Positions 39,214 through 49,281 of a DNA stretch of 62,997 nucleotides are shown piece by piece (within the stretch, counting starts at the first letter, position 1; every line of letters starts with the position of its first letter). The notes below the pieces were generated by a model. It was not told the origin of the DNA, made no database searches, and was given only the letters and a program-made list of their open reading frames with translations. Source of the stretch: Fimbriimonadales bacterium (GTDB lineage: Bacteria; Armatimonadota; Fimbriimonadia; Fimbriimonadales; ATM1); contig JBGTLG010000038.1 in the NCBI GenBank assembly GCA_041744215.1, positions 1 through 62,997 of the forward strand, in the 5' to 3' direction. Both the position numbers and the translations under genes were made by a program.

Positions 39214-39801
39214 ATGGCTAAAGAAAAGACAGCAACCGCCGCTCCAGCAACGCCGCCGCGTAGCAGACTTCGCGATTACTATCGCGATAACGTGCTGCCC
39301 GAGCTCGTCAAGGAGTTCGAGTATACGACGCCGATGCAGGCGCCACGCCTCGAAAAGATCGTGGTGAACATGGGGGTTGGACAGGCACTAAAAGAAGCCA
39401 AGCTTCTTGAAAACTCCGTGCGAGATCTAACGATCATCGCCGGGCAGAAGCCGGTCGTCACAACCGCGAAGAAAGCCATCTCGAACTTCCGATTGCGCGA
39501 AGGCAACAAGATTGGTTGCAAGGTCACCCTTCGAGGCGAGCGGATGTATCACTTCCTTGACAAACTAATCACAGTGGTCCTGCCGAGACTGCGTGACTTC
39601 CAGGGGCTTAGCGCGAAGTCATTCGACGGGCGCGGAAACTATGCGCTTGGACTAAAAGAGCAACTCGTGTTCCCTGAGATCAACTACGACACTTTTGACA
39701 GAATTCGCGGCATGGACATTGTGATTTGTACAACCGCTAAGACCGATGCGGAGGCGCGGTCATTCCTCAAGAAAATGGGGATGCCGCTTCGAGAGAAGTA
39801 A
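39214..39801 (+). CDS. rplE: 50S ribosomal protein L5
   Basis: [38 protein letters not shown]. Confidence 0.99.
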   Translation: MAKEKTATAAPATPPRSRLRDYYRDNVLPELVKEFEYTTPMQAPRLEKIVVNMGVGQALKEAKLLENSVRDLTIIAGQKPVVTTAKKAISNFRLREGNKIGCKVTLRGERMYHFLDKLITVVLPRLRDFQGLSAKSFDGRGNYALGLKEQLVFPEINYDTFDRIRGMDIVICTTAKTDAEARSFLKKMGMPLREK

Positions 39802-39823
39802 CTGAGAAGGAGGAATCGAGAAC

Positions 39824-41890
39824 TTGGACTATAAGGCTGAGAACATCCGAAACGTTGCAATCGTTGGACACGGCGGAGCAGGAAAGACGACACTTGTCGA
39901 GCAGCTGCTCTTCACTGCCGGCGCGATTGACCGTCTCGGCTCGGTCGATCAAGGAACAAGCCACTCCGATTTCGATGCACAAGAAGTTCGCCGGAAAATT
40001 AGCCTCAGTGCTGCAGTGCTTCCGCTCGAGTGGAAGGGTTGCAAAATCAATCTCATCGATGTTCCGGGATATCCGGACTTTATTGGTGACCTCTACGGTG
40101 TTGCTCGAGTGGTGGAGGCGATGATTATTGTCACGCCCGCCCAAGATACGCTCGACGTTGGATTCGATACAGCGTGGGACATCGCCGAACAACAGGGACT
40201 GACGCGACTTATCTTCGTCAACAAAATGGATCGGGATAATGCGGACTTTCCCGGTCTAATGAAGACATTCGAGTCTCGGTACGGGGTCAAAGTTGTTCCG
40301 ATTCAGGTGCCCGTTGGGCAACAGACCGGATTCGAGGGGGTCTACGACATTCTCGAGGAGAAAGTTTACAGTGGAGGCTCAAAAGACGCAAAGGTTGCGC
40401 CGCCTTCCGAGCAAATGCACGCCGATGCAGAGCCGCAGATAGAAAAGATGATGGACGCGGCGGCAGAAGGTGATGACGACTTGGCGCTCAAGTATTTAGA
40501 AGGCGAGTCGTTGAGTGAAGAAGAGATTGAGCACGGACTCGAAGTCGGAGCAGAGGATGGGAAAGTGTTCCCCCTACTCATGGGAAGTGCGCTGCACGGA
40601 ATTGGCATCCAATCTCTGCTTGATCACATCGTGGGACTGGTACCGAGTCCCAGCACAAAACCAAAAGAGCACGACGGCAAAGAGATCGCTCCCGATCCAG
40701 CGGCGCCCTTGAGCGCGTTCGTTTTCAAAACCACTGCGGACCCCTATGTGGGCCGCATCAACTACGTTCGTGTGATGACTGGCACGTTGAAGTCTGATTC
40801 GCCACTCAGAAACAGCGGTAATGACGAGAACGAGCGAATAGGATCGCTGTCGTTCCCGTTTGGCAAAGAGGTGAAATCGGCGTCAGGAGTGATCGCCGGG
40901 GACATCGCCGCGTTGGCGAAGCTTCAACACACTCGAACGGGCGACACACTTTGCGACCCTAAATCGCCAGCAACATACGATCCGATCAAGTTTCCTGAAC
41001 CCATTTATCGTGTAGCTATCGTCGCCAAAACGAAAAACGACGAAGATAAGCTGGGTGCAGCGATAACGAGAATTGCTGACGAAGACTTGACGTTTTGCCA
41101 TCATCGAGACGGAGAACTCCACCAGGACCTTATTGAAGGGATGGGCGACGTTCATCTCGACTCGGTCATCGAGAAGCTGCGCGACAAGTTTGGCGTCAAC
41201 GTAGAAACGAGTGAGGCGAAGATCGCCTTCCGAGAAACCATAAAAGCCCCCGCGAAGGCACAAGGCAAGTACAAGAAGCAATCGGGCGGACGTGGACAGT
41301 ACGGCGATTGTCATGTAGAGCTTTCGCCGCTACCTCGTGGTAGTGGTTTCGAATTCAGCGATAGCGTCGTGGGCGGATCAATCCCAAAGAACTACCTGCC
41401 GGCGATCGAGAAAGGCATCGTCGATGCAATGACCAAGGGCTTCCTCGCGGGCTACCAAGTGGTGGATGTGAAAGCAAACGTCTTTCACGGTAGCTACCAC
41501 GATGTCGACTCGAGCGAAATGGCGTTTAAGTCTGCTGGCGCGCTCGCCTTCAAGAACGCAGCGGAACAAGCGCAGCCGACAATACTCGAACCGATTCTCT
41601 ATGTTGAAGTCGACGTCCCAGAAGAATACACAGGCGACGTTATGGGCGACCTAAACACCCGTCGTGGCCGACCCATGGGTATGGAAATGGTTGGCTCAGG
41701 CCGGCAACGAATCATGGCTGAAGTCCCAATGGCGACGATGACTAAATACGCCCTCGACTTACGGTCCATAACCAAGGGACGAGGCCGATTTCGAGTCGAG
41801 TTTCGCCGGTACGATGAGGTTCCACACAACGAGCAGCAAGCTCTAATCAACGAGTTCAAGAAACGTAAAGCGGAGGTAGCCGAGGACTAA
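39824..41890 (+). CDS. Second, divergent elongation factor G (EF-G2/EF-G II type) inside the spc operon
   Basis: TTG start after AAGGAGG; GHGGAGKTT P-loop, switch I RKISL instead of RGITI, DVPG, NKMD, KKQSGGRGQYGD, GSYHDVDSSEMAFK. Confidence 0.93.
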   Translation: MDYKAENIRNVAIVGHGGAGKTTLVEQLLFTAGAIDRLGSVDQGTSHSDFDAQEVRRKISLSAAVLPLEWKGCKINLIDVPGYPDFIGDLYGVARVVEAMIIVTPAQDTLDVGFDTAWDIAEQQGLTRLIFVNKMDRDNADFPGLMKTFESRYGVKVVPIQVPVGQQTGFEGVYDILEEKVYSGGSKDAKVAPPSEQMHADAEPQIEKMMDAAAEGDDDLALKYLEGESLSEEEIEHGLEVGAEDGKVFPLLMGSALHGIGIQSLLDHIVGLVPSPSTKPKEHDGKEIAPDPAAPLSAFVFKTTADPYVGRINYVRVMTGTLKSDSPLRNSGNDENERIGSLSFPFGKEVKSASGVIAGDIAALAKLQHTRTGDTLCDPKSPATYDPIKFPEPIYRVAIVAKTKNDEDKLGAAITRIADEDLTFCHHRDGELHQDLIEGMGDVHLDSVIEKLRDKFGVNVETSEAKIAFRETIKAPAKAQGKYKKQSGGRGQYGDCHVELSPLPRGSGFEFSDSVVGGSIPKNYLPAIEKGIVDAMTKGFLAGYQVVDVKANVFHGSYHDVDSSEMAFKSAGALAFKNAAEQAQPTILEPILYVEVDVPEEYTGDVMGDLNTRRGRPMGMEMVGSGRQRIMAEVPMATMTKYALDLRSITKGRGRFRVEFRRYDEVPHNEQQALINEFKKRKAEVAED

Positions 41891-41939
41891 AGGGTAAAAT
41901 CCGCCTTTGTGCCTCCTGTCCGGAGCAAAAACAAGCAAC

Positions 41940-42125
41940 ATGGCAAAACAATGTTTGATCGTCAAGCAGAAGCGTCGCCCGAAGTTCAAATCGCGCGGCT
42001 ACAACCGCTGCAGCATCTGCGGACGCCCGCGTGGTTATTTCCGCGACTTCGGCGTCTGTCGCATATGTCTACGTGAGTTGGCCCTGCGGGGCGTACTCCC
42101 CGGCGTTACAAAATCGAGTTGGTAA
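41940..42125 (+). CDS. rpsZ: 30S ribosomal protein S14, zinc-binding (type Z)
   Basis: 61 aa; RCSICGRPR...[16 protein letters not shown]. Confidence 0.97.
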   Translation: MAKQCLIVKQKRRPKFKSRGYNRCSICGRPRGYFRDFGVCRICLRELALRGVLPGVTKSSW

Positions 42126-42131
42126 ACCGAG

Positions 42132-42527
42132 ATGCATAGTGATCCAATAGCAGACCTTTTGACACGAATTCGGAATGGCTACCATGCCCGAAAGGCTTCG
42201 GTGGACTCTCCGAACAGCAAAATCCGCGAAGAGATCGTCAAGATTCTCAAAGCGGAGGGCCTCGTTTCGGATTTCGAAGTTGTCAAGGAAACACAGTTTC
42301 CTACTCTCCGTGTGCATCTCCGTTACGATGCGCGCCGGAAGCCGGTGATGCGCGAGATATCCCGTGTTAGCAAGCCGGGACTTAGAATCTACAAGGGTGC
42401 TGGCGAGATTCATCCGATTCGCAGCGGCATCGGCACGCAGATCGTATCGACGAGCCAAGGCTTGATGACCGACCGAGAAGCGCGCAAGCGGAAGATTGGC
42501 GGCGAAGTTCTCTGTGAGGTTTGGTAA
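42132..42527 (+). CDS. rpsH: 30S ribosomal protein S8
   Basis: DPIADLLTRIRN, SKPGLRIY, STSQG, GGEVLC.VW. Confidence 0.99.
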   Translation: MHSDPIADLLTRIRNGYHARKASVDSPNSKIREEIVKILKAEGLVSDFEVVKETQFPTLRVHLRYDARRKPVMREISRVSKPGLRIYKGAGEIHPIRSGIGTQIVSTSQGLMTDREARKRKIGGEVLCEVW

Positions 42528-42529
42528 GA

Positions 42530-43084
42530 ATGAGTCGAATAGGAAACAAGCCGATCCCCGTTCCCGCAGGTGTCACAGTCACGGTCGAGCCAGACAACCG
42601 CGTGTCCGTGAAAGGGCCGAAGGGCGAGCTGAGCGAGCAGATAAATCGCGATATGAAGATTGTTCAAGAAGAAGGCGTCATTAGAGTTGAGCGTCCAAGT
42701 GAGCAGTCGCGGCATCGATCGCACCACGGCTTGGCCCGAACTCTTATTGCCAACATGGTCGCAGGGGTCAGCGAAGGTTACGCCAGGAGACTCGAGATTC
42801 ACGGAGTCGGTTACCGCGCTCAACTCGAAGGGAAGGACCTCGTCTTGAGCGTTGGATACTCGCATCCCGTTCGAATCGAGCCGCGCGAAGGTGTCGCGTT
42901 TGAAGTAGGCCAGGAAGATCGTTCGAGGATCGTCCGAGTCGCTGTCTCAGGCATCAGCAAGCAGGTCGTAGGGCAGATGGCCGCAGACATCAGAAGCGTT
43001 CGAAAGCCCGACCCATACAAAGGAAAGGGAATACGCTACGAGGGCGAAGTAGTCAAGCTCAAACAGGGCAAGCGTGCAACGTAA
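42530..43084 (+). CDS. rplF: 50S ribosomal protein L6
   Basis: [35 protein letters not shown]. Confidence 0.99.
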   Translation: MSRIGNKPIPVPAGVTVTVEPDNRVSVKGPKGELSEQINRDMKIVQEEGVIRVERPSEQSRHRSHHGLARTLIANMVAGVSEGYARRLEIHGVGYRAQLEGKDLVLSVGYSHPVRIEPREGVAFEVGQEDRSRIVRVAVSGISKQVVGQMAADIRSVRKPDPYKGKGIRYEGEVVKLKQGKRAT

Positions 43085-43101
43085 GGAAACAGATTCAAGT
43101 C

Positions 43102-43455
43102 ATGGCAGTTAAAACAAGACAAGACCAACGTGTGATGCGTCACAAGCGCATTCGACGGCATCTCCGCGGAACAACGGAGCGGCCGCGACTCGCTGTGTTC
43201 AGGAGCTTGCGCCACATCAGCGCACAGCTTATTGATGACACGCAGAGCATTACCTTGTGCGCAGCTAGCAGTCTCGAAGAGGGCGTCGGAAACGGCGGCA
43301 ACGTAACGGGCGCAAAGGCGGTTGGCGAGTTGATTGCCAAGCGTGCTGCTGAGAAGGGCATCAAATCCGTCGTTTTCGATCGAGGCGGGTATCGCTACAG
43401 CGGACGAGTTGCCGACTTGGCAGACTCCGCAAGAAAAGCGGGATTGGAGTTCTAA
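43102..43455 (+). CDS. rplR: 50S ribosomal protein L18
   Basis: [31 protein letters not shown]. Confidence 0.99.
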   Translation: MAVKTRQDQRVMRHKRIRRHLRGTTERPRLAVFRSLRHISAQLIDDTQSITLCAASSLEEGVGNGGNVTGAKAVGELIAKRAAEKGIKSVVFDRGGYRYSGRVADLADSARKAGLEF

Positions 43456-43457
43456 CC

Positions 43458-44033
43458 ATGCGAAGAGCAAGTGCCCCCCAGCGAAGACAAGACGCAGACA
43501 GCGGCTTTGATGTGCGCGTTGTCCAAACGAATAAGGTCTCGAAAACCCACAAAGGCGGCAAGACGATGTCGTGGAGCGTTCTCGTGATCGTAGGCGACGG
43601 ACAAGGGAAGGTCGGAGCCGGAATGGGCAAGGCACGAGGTATTCCAGATGCGATTCGCAAAGGCGAAGAGGCAGCGAAGCGGGCCATGTTTAGCATCCCG
43701 ATGAATGGCCATACGATTCCGCACCAAGTTCTGGGTATGGAAGGCGCGACCAAAGTGATGTTGCGCCCCGCATCCCCTGGTACTGGAGTTGTGGCTGGTG
43801 GCTCAGTGCGCCAGATTTTAGAGGCGGCAGGCCTCCACGATGTGCTCGCAAAAACGCTCGGCAGTCGCAACGCTGTCAACTGTGCATGGGCGGCCGTCGA
43901 TGCGCTGAAACAACTCGTCACGCCGAAGGATCGCGCGGCGCAACGAGGTATGGAGCTAAAGGATATCGCCCCCTGGTTCGCGACGAAGCAAGAAGAGGTG
44001 CAAGAAGTTGAAGCTTCAAGTGAAGTTAGTTAG
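43458..44033 (+). CDS. rpsE: 30S ribosomal protein S5
   Basis: KGG, VGDG.G.VG.G.GKA, PASPGTGVVAGG, K.LGS.N. Confidence 0.98.
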   Translation: MRRASAPQRRQDADSGFDVRVVQTNKVSKTHKGGKTMSWSVLVIVGDGQGKVGAGMGKARGIPDAIRKGEEAAKRAMFSIPMNGHTIPHQVLGMEGATKVMLRPASPGTGVVAGGSVRQILEAAGLHDVLAKTLGSRNAVNCAWAAVDALKQLVTPKDRAAQRGMELKDIAPWFATKQEEVQEVEASSEVS

Positions 44034-44202
44034 AAGCCCAATCGGAAACAACAAGCGAAATCGCCGTACAGTAGAAGCGCTGGGTCTTCGTAAACTTAAC
44101 CAAGTCGTGATTCACGACGATTCCGCGTCGATACGCGGAATGCTTCATGCCGTGCAACATATGGTCGAAGTCCGACCCCTGGAGGAAAGCAATGCTTCAT
44201 GA
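44008..44202 (+). CDS. rpmD: 50S ribosomal protein L30
   Basis: TTG after GAGG; LVRSPIG, T..ALGL.K, GM...V.H.V. Confidence 0.96.
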   Translation: MKLQVKLVRSPIGNNKRNRRTVEALGLRKLNQVVIHDDSASIRGMLHAVQHMVEVRPLEESNAS

Positions 44203-44629
44203 ATTGAAACCCGAAAAGGGAAGCACTAAGCGTATTCGACGGATCGGACGAGGCATCGGCAGCGGCAGCGGAAAGACGTCGGGCAGGGGATCGAAGGGCC
44301 AGAAGTCGCGAACGAGTATTCACCCAGCGTTCGAGGGCGGGCAAACACCGATCCAGCGAAGACTTCCCGTAAAGAAAGGCTTTCGAAACCCGAATCACAA
44401 GGAGTATGCGGTGCTCAACGTCAGCACGCTTGAGGCCAAGTTCGAGTCGGGCGCCGATGTCAATCCTGAGACGGTGGCTAAGAAGGGACTGATCGGCAAC
44501 CCGAAAGACGGACTTAAGATTTTGGGGCTTGGCGACGTCAAGAAGAAGCTTAAGGTTTCTGCACACGCGTTCAGCAAATCGGCCGAAGAAAAAATCAAAA
44601 GTGCAGGTGGAGAGGTCGTTGTTCTGTGA
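44192..44629 (+). CDS. rplO: 50S ribosomal protein L15
   Basis: ATG 44192 after GGAGG; GRGIGSGSGKTSGRG.KGQ.SR, FEGGQTP, KILG.G. Confidence 0.98.
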   Translation: MLHELKPEKGSTKRIRRIGRGIGSGSGKTSGRGSKGQKSRTSIHPAFEGGQTPIQRRLPVKKGFRNPNHKEYAVLNVSTLEAKFESGADVNPETVAKKGLIGNPKDGLKILGLGDVKKKLKVSAHAFSKSAEEKIKSAGGEVVVL

Positions 44630-45921
44630 AGCTTGCTGATACCATAAAAGCTGCTTGGGCGGAACCAGAGCTCAGGCAACGCATCCTGTTCATTTTTTTT
44701 ATGTTCGGGGTGTTTACAGTTGGCCTCCACATCCAAGTGCCGTTTGCGTCTCAAGACGTTGCGGATGCTATCGCCAAGCGACTTGAAGATCCGGGCTTCC
44801 TCCAGCTGCTCAACCAGTTTTCAGGCGGGGCGCTGAAACGTGTTTCCATCTTTGCGCTCGGGTTGAACCCTTACATAACATCTTCGATCATCATGCAATT
44901 GATGACGGTCGCAATCCCGCAGTGGAAGAAGGACATGTCCGAGGGCGGCCAATACGAGCGCATGAAGCGGGCTCAACGCACTCGTTTTCTAACTCTGGTG
45001 CTTTGTATCGTTCAGGGATTTGGATTCCTGGCGATGTTTGGAGTTAACCTCCCCGTACTCGATCGCATGCTGGTCGTAACGACCTGGACTGCAGGAGCCA
45101 TGATGGTCCTCTGGCTTGGCGAACAGATTCAGGAGAAGGGAATCGGCCAAGGCGTGTCGCTCATGATCTTCGCCGGAATCGTCGTCTCGTTTCCGACACA
45201 GGTGCAGTTGCTCTACGCGGAAGCGACGGGACAAGGCAACGCATTCGGCGTCGCAGTGCTTGTCCTGCTGTTCCTCGCCATGACGATGTTCATTGTTTAC
45301 TTCACGCAGGCACAGCGAAGAATCGCAATACAGCATATGCGGCGAAATGTGGGCGGAAAGATGGTGGCGGGCGGATCGTCCTCCTACCTCCCTATTCCCG
45401 TTAATGCTGCTGGCGTGATCCCGATCATCTTTGCAGTCTCGCTGGTCTATCTGCCGAGCCAGTTTGCAAACTTCGGCGCGCCAGGGTCTGCATGGCACAC
45501 AGTTTGGACTAACGTCGCGCAATGGTTCAGCCCACAGACGAGCGCGTTCATCTACCAAACGATCATCGGCACGATTGTCTACGCGTTCATGATCTTCTTC
45601 TTCACGTATTTCTACACAGCGATTCAGTTCAACGTGGAAGATATCGCAAATCAGTTGAAGCGAAGTGGCGCGTACATCCCAGGAATTCGACAGGGGCAGC
45701 AAACGGAGAAGTTTTTGGATGGCGTTATCTCGCGAATAACTTTCGTCGGCGCAGCATTCCTGGCGTTCGTTTCGCTCGTCCCATACTGGGTGCCCGCGAT
45801 CACGGGTATCACTGCGTTTAGCTTCATTGGCGGAACCTCGCTCCTGATTATCGTCAGCGTCGTCTTGGATCTGATGCGCCAGATTGAGGCAAATCTAATC
45901 ATGCGGGGCTATGCTAAATAG
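44626..45921 (+). CDS. secY: Preprotein translocase SecY
   Basis: SIFALG.NPYITSSII.QL, WLGEQI...GIG.G.S, AGVIPIIFA, IPGIR.G, GGTSLLI.V.V. Confidence 0.98.
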   Translation: MKLADTIKAAWAEPELRQRILFIFFMFGVFTVGLHIQVPFASQDVADAIAKRLEDPGFLQLLNQFSGGALKRVSIFALGLNPYITSSIIMQLMTVAIPQWKKDMSEGGQYERMKRAQRTRFLTLVLCIVQGFGFLAMFGVNLPVLDRMLVVTTWTAGAMMVLWLGEQIQEKGIGQGVSLMIFAGIVVSFPTQVQLLYAEATGQGNAFGVAVLVLLFLAMTMFIVYFTQAQRRIAIQHMRRNVGGKMVAGGSSSYLPIPVNAAGVIPIIFAVSLVYLPSQFANFGAPGSAWHTVWTNVAQWFSPQTSAFIYQTIIGTIVYAFMIFFFTYFYTAIQFNVEDIANQLKRSGAYIPGIRQGQQTEKFLDGVISRITFVGAAFLAFVSLVPYWVPAITGITAFSFIGGTSLLIIVSVVLDLMRQIEANLIMRGYAK

Positions 45922-45923
45922 TT

Positions 45924-46577
45924 ATGCCCGCGCGCCGAATCGTACTCGTTGGCCCTCCAGGAGTTGGTAAGGGAACCCAAGCCAAGCTCATATCGTTGCG
46001 CAAGAATCTCCCAATTCTCGCGACCGGCGACTTGCTGCGAGCTGCGGTTTCCGCGGGTTCAGAACTAGGCAAGCAAGCGGCGAGCTACATGAGCCGAGGA
46101 GACCTTGTTCCTGACGAAGTGATGATAGGAGTGGTCGCAGAACGCCTCAGCAAACCCGAAATGAGCAAGGGTTTTTTGCTAGACGGATTTCCACGGAATG
46201 TCGCGCAAGCGGAGGCGCTGGACAAGGCTCTCGCCGCCGCCGGCCAGAAGATTGACGCAGTGCTTGCATTCGTTGCTCCGACCGCTACCGTAGTTGAACG
46301 GATCGCGGGCAGGCTCAACTGTCCCAATTGTGGATCGGTCTACCACGAAAAAGCGAAGCCACCCCGAGAAATGGGGCTGTGCGACGTATGTTCGTCTCCG
46401 CTAATCGTGCGTGAGGACGATCAGCCTGACGCAGTTCGGCAGCGACTCGCCGTCTACGAGGCGAGCACCGCACCTTTGTTTGAATACTATCGCTCTTCAG
46501 GAGTGCTGCGAGAAGTCGACGCGACCGGCGATGTTGAAGATGTTTACGCGTCGATCGAGGGGGCGCTGGCGAAATGA
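45924..46577 (+). CDS. adk: Adenylate kinase (zinc-lid type)
   Basis: GPPGVGKGTQ, TGDLLR, LDGFPR, CPNC...CDVC lid, REDD. Confidence 0.98.
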   Translation: MPARRIVLVGPPGVGKGTQAKLISLRKNLPILATGDLLRAAVSAGSELGKQAASYMSRGDLVPDEVMIGVVAERLSKPEMSKGFLLDGFPRNVAQAEALDKALAAAGQKIDAVLAFVAPTATVVERIAGRLNCPNCGSVYHEKAKPPREMGLCDVCSSPLIVREDDQPDAVRQRLAVYEASTAPLFEYYRSSGVLREVDATGDVEDVYASIEGALAK

Positions 46578-47329
46578 TCGTTCTCAAAAAACCGCCTGAA
46601 GCCGAAGCGATGCGCGAGTGTGGGCGTGCAGCCGCAAGCGCGATGCGGAAGATGTCTGAAGCAATCCGTCCAGGCGTGACAACCGCAGAACTTGATCAGA
46701 TTGGCGAACTTGCCCTCGCTGAGAACGGCGCAACGGCTTCGTTCAAAGGCTACCGAGGATATCCGGCTGCAGTCTGTATCTCAGTGAATGACGAAGTCGT
46801 GCACGGAATTCCATCTGACCGCGCCCTCGTCGAGGGTGACATCGTGACCCTCGACATCGGTGCTTACAAGAACGGGTTTCACACAGACCATGCCGCAACC
46901 TTCCCCGTAGGCGAGATATCTGCGGCTGCAAAGCGACTTATCAGTATCACCCAAGAGAGCTTGAACCAAGGCATAGCCCAAGCCAAACCTGGGAAGAGAA
47001 TCAGCGACATCAGTCACACCGTCCAAACATACGTAGAAAAGAACGGCTACTCGATAGTGCGCGACTTGACTGGCCATGGAATCGGCCGAAACCTCCACGA
47101 GGACCCCTCCGTCCCCAACTTTGGCAAACCCGGCGCAGGCCCCAGGATTCAGGCCGGCATGACCTTTTGCATCGAACCAATGGTGTGCGCGGGCAAGTAC
47201 CGCGTCAAGACCCTGGATGACCATTGGACGGTGGTAACCGCCGACGGTAGCCTCGCCGCCCACTTCGAGCACACGGTTCTTGTGACCGAGTCGGGGCCGG
47301 AGTTGCTGACCAGTTGGGATAACCTATAA
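46574..47329 (+). CDS. map: Methionine aminopeptidase type I
   Basis: [33 protein letters not shown]. Confidence 0.98.
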   Translation: MIVLKKPPEAEAMRECGRAAASAMRKMSEAIRPGVTTAELDQIGELALAENGATASFKGYRGYPAAVCISVNDEVVHGIPSDRALVEGDIVTLDIGAYKNGFHTDHAATFPVGEISAAAKRLISITQESLNQGIAQAKPGKRISDISHTVQTYVEKNGYSIVRDLTGHGIGRNLHEDPSVPNFGKPGAGPRIQAGMTFCIEPMVCAGKYRVKTLDDHWTVVTADGSLAAHFEHTVLVTESGPELLTSWDNL

Positions 47330-47336
47330 GGAATCT

Positions 47337-47585
47337 ATGGCGCAAAGACACCGAAAAGTGAAGACAAGCGACAAAGAGCGGGGACTGGAGGTTGAGGGCG
47401 TTGTCCTTGAACGATTGCCAGGCGCCTCGTTCCGAGTCAAGTTGGAGACCGGCAACGAGATCCTCGCCCATATCAGCGGCAAGATGAGAATGTACTATAT
47501 TCGCATCCTGCCTGGAGATAAGGTCAAGGTTGAGCTGACTCCCTACGACCTGAGCAGGGGGCGAATAACGTACCGTTACAAGTAG
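47337..47585 (+). CDS. infA: Translation initiation factor IF-1
   Basis: [33 protein letters not shown]. Confidence 0.99.
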   Translation: MAQRHRKVKTSDKERGLEVEGVVLERLPGASFRVKLETGNEILAHISGKMRMYYIRILPGDKVKVELTPYDLSRGRITYRYK

Positions 47586-47605
47586 CCGATTCAGCGTAGA
47601 AAAGC

Positions 47606-47635
47606 TTGAATCGAGGCCGAGGCCAAGGGTATACT
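47606..47635 (+). promoter_or_regulatory. Internal sigma70-type promoter for the rpmJ-alpha operon segment (TTGAAT-N18-TATACT)
   Basis: -35 at 47606-47611, -10 at 47630-47635, in the 126-nt infA-rpmJ spacer. Confidence 0.6.
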
Positions 47636-47711
47636 CACCCCTTGTGTCTGCCGGGCAAAACAACCTGCCGGCGGGCATTTCCAACGCCGGGTCCTCACTA
47701 GGATAGACGAA

Positions 47712-47825
47712 ATGAAAGTTCGAACAAGCGTCAAGAAAATGTGCGAGAAGTGCAAAATCATCCGCCGGAAGGGCGTGGTGAGGGTCTTGTGCGTTAACCC
47801 CAAGCATAAGCAGAGGCAAGGGTAG
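47712..47825 (+). CDS. rpmJ: 50S ribosomal protein L36 (not in the supplied ORF track)
   Basis: Translated by hand: [37 protein letters not shown]. Confidence 0.98.
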   Translation: MKVRTSVKKMCEKCKIIRRKGVVRVLCVNPKHKQRQG

Positions 47826-47836
47826 GAGGATAGGAT

Positions 47837-48214
47837 TTGGCTCGAATTGCAGGCGTTGACCTTCCCCGAGACAAGAAAGTGGAGTACGCGTTGCCGTATA
47901 TCTACGGCGTCGGACTGACGTCCTCACGCGCGATTTGCCAGAGTGCTGGCGTCGACCCAACCAAGAAGATTCGCGACCTCTCCGACCAGGACGTGGCCCA
48001 CCTGAGAGAAATCATCGAGCGCGATTACCAGGTCGAGGGAGATCTAAAGCGCGAAGTCCAAGGCAACATCCGACGGTTGATGGAGATCGGATCCTACCGT
48101 GGGCTTAGGCATCGGCGAGGGCTGCCAGTAAGAGGGCAAAACACTCGTCACAACGCCCGAACTCGAAAGGGTAAGCCGAAGACCGTCGCCGGCAAGAAGA
48201 AAGTCACGAAGTAA
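47837..48214 (+). CDS. rpsM: 30S ribosomal protein S13
   Basis: [37 protein letters not shown]. Confidence 0.99.
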   Translation: MARIAGVDLPRDKKVEYALPYIYGVGLTSSRAICQSAGVDPTKKIRDLSDQDVAHLREIIERDYQVEGDLKREVQGNIRRLMEIGSYRGLRHRRGLPVRGQNTRHNARTRKGKPKTVAGKKKVTK

Positions 48215-48229
48215 CGGACAAGAGGATCA

Positions 48230-48622
48230 ATGGCTCGAAAACCAACCGGAAAACAGAAACAGCGACAGGTGCGGCAAGTCTTGCACGGCGTCGCTCATAT
48301 TAAGTCGACGTTCAACAACACGATCGTCACGATAACAGACAAGCAGGGGAACGTGCTTTGTTGGTCGAGTTCAGGCCGCGTAAATTTCAAAGGCAGCAGA
48401 AAAGGTACTCCGTTCGCCGCGCAAGTCGCTGCAGAGGATTGTGCCAAGCGATCCCAAGATTACGGAATCAAGCGAATCGACATATGGGTGCAGGGTCCAG
48501 GCGGCGGACGCGAGACCGCAATTCGCGCTCTCCAAGCGAGCGGACTCGACGTGGTGACGATTCGCGACGTAACGCCGCTGCCTCACAACGGGTGTAGGCC
48601 ACCAAAGAAGCGCCGCGTCTAA
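48230..48622 (+). CDS. rpsK: 30S ribosomal protein S11
   Basis: [38 protein letters not shown]. Confidence 0.99.
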   Translation: MARKPTGKQKQRQVRQVLHGVAHIKSTFNNTIVTITDKQGNVLCWSSSGRVNFKGSRKGTPFAAQVAAEDCAKRSQDYGIKRIDIWVQGPGGGRETAIRALQASGLDVVTIRDVTPLPHNGCRPPKKRRV

Positions 48623-48639
48623 GCAGATAAGGAACATCA

Positions 48640-49278
48640 ATGTCAGTCATTTGGGAATCTCGATGCCGATACTGCCGTAGGGCGGGCCAAAAGCTCTTTT
48701 TGAAGGGTGAGCGCTGCTACACGCGCAAATGCGCGATGGAAAAGGACTCGCGGAAGAAGCCGCCTGGCCAGCATGGCGATGACGCAATGCGCAGAAAAGT
48801 GACCGAGTTTGGCGAACAGCTCCTCGAGAAGCAGAAGCTAAAGCGCATGTACCAGTTGCGGGAAGGGCAATTCGCTGATTACATGACTGAAGCGACGCGT
48901 CGACGAGGCGTTACGGGCGAGAACATGCTCCAGCTTCTCGAGATGAGACTTGACAACGTCGCATACAGACTGGGATGGGCTTCGAGCCGCGGCATGGCGC
49001 GCCAACTCGTCAGTCACCGATTCTTCACCGTCAACGGACGGCGGGTCAACATTCCCAGCTATCAACTCAGGCCAGGCGATGTTGTTGGCCTGCATGATAG
49101 CAAGCGAGAAACAACTTACGCAAAGAGTGCTATCGAAAGGGTCAATACAACAACGTTATCCCCGTGGCTAACGATGGACACTCAAACTTTTGAAGGCAAA
49201 GTTCTCCGAGCCCCAACGCGCGGAGAAATCGACTCAGACGTGAACGAACAGCTCATCGTTGAGTTCTACACAAGGTAA
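48640..49278 (+). CDS. rpsD: 30S ribosomal protein S4 (4-Cys type)
   Basis: CRYCRR...LFLKG.RC...KC, PGQHG, EKQK, LE.RLDNV, EQLIVEFY. Confidence 0.99.
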   Translation: MSVIWESRCRYCRRAGQKLFLKGERCYTRKCAMEKDSRKKPPGQHGDDAMRRKVTEFGEQLLEKQKLKRMYQLREGQFADYMTEATRRRGVTGENMLQLLEMRLDNVAYRLGWASSRGMARQLVSHRFFTVNGRRVNIPSYQLRPGDVVGLHDSKRETTYAKSAIERVNTTTLSPWLTMDTQTFEGKVLRAPTRGEIDSDVNEQLIVEFYTR

Positions 49279-49281
49279 AAG

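Noticed and set aside
47205-47960. 251-aa minus-strand ORF and other antisense ORFs across the r-protein cluster
   Set aside because: Antisense to map/infA/rpmJ/rpsM; such shadow ORFs are common opposite conserved genes.
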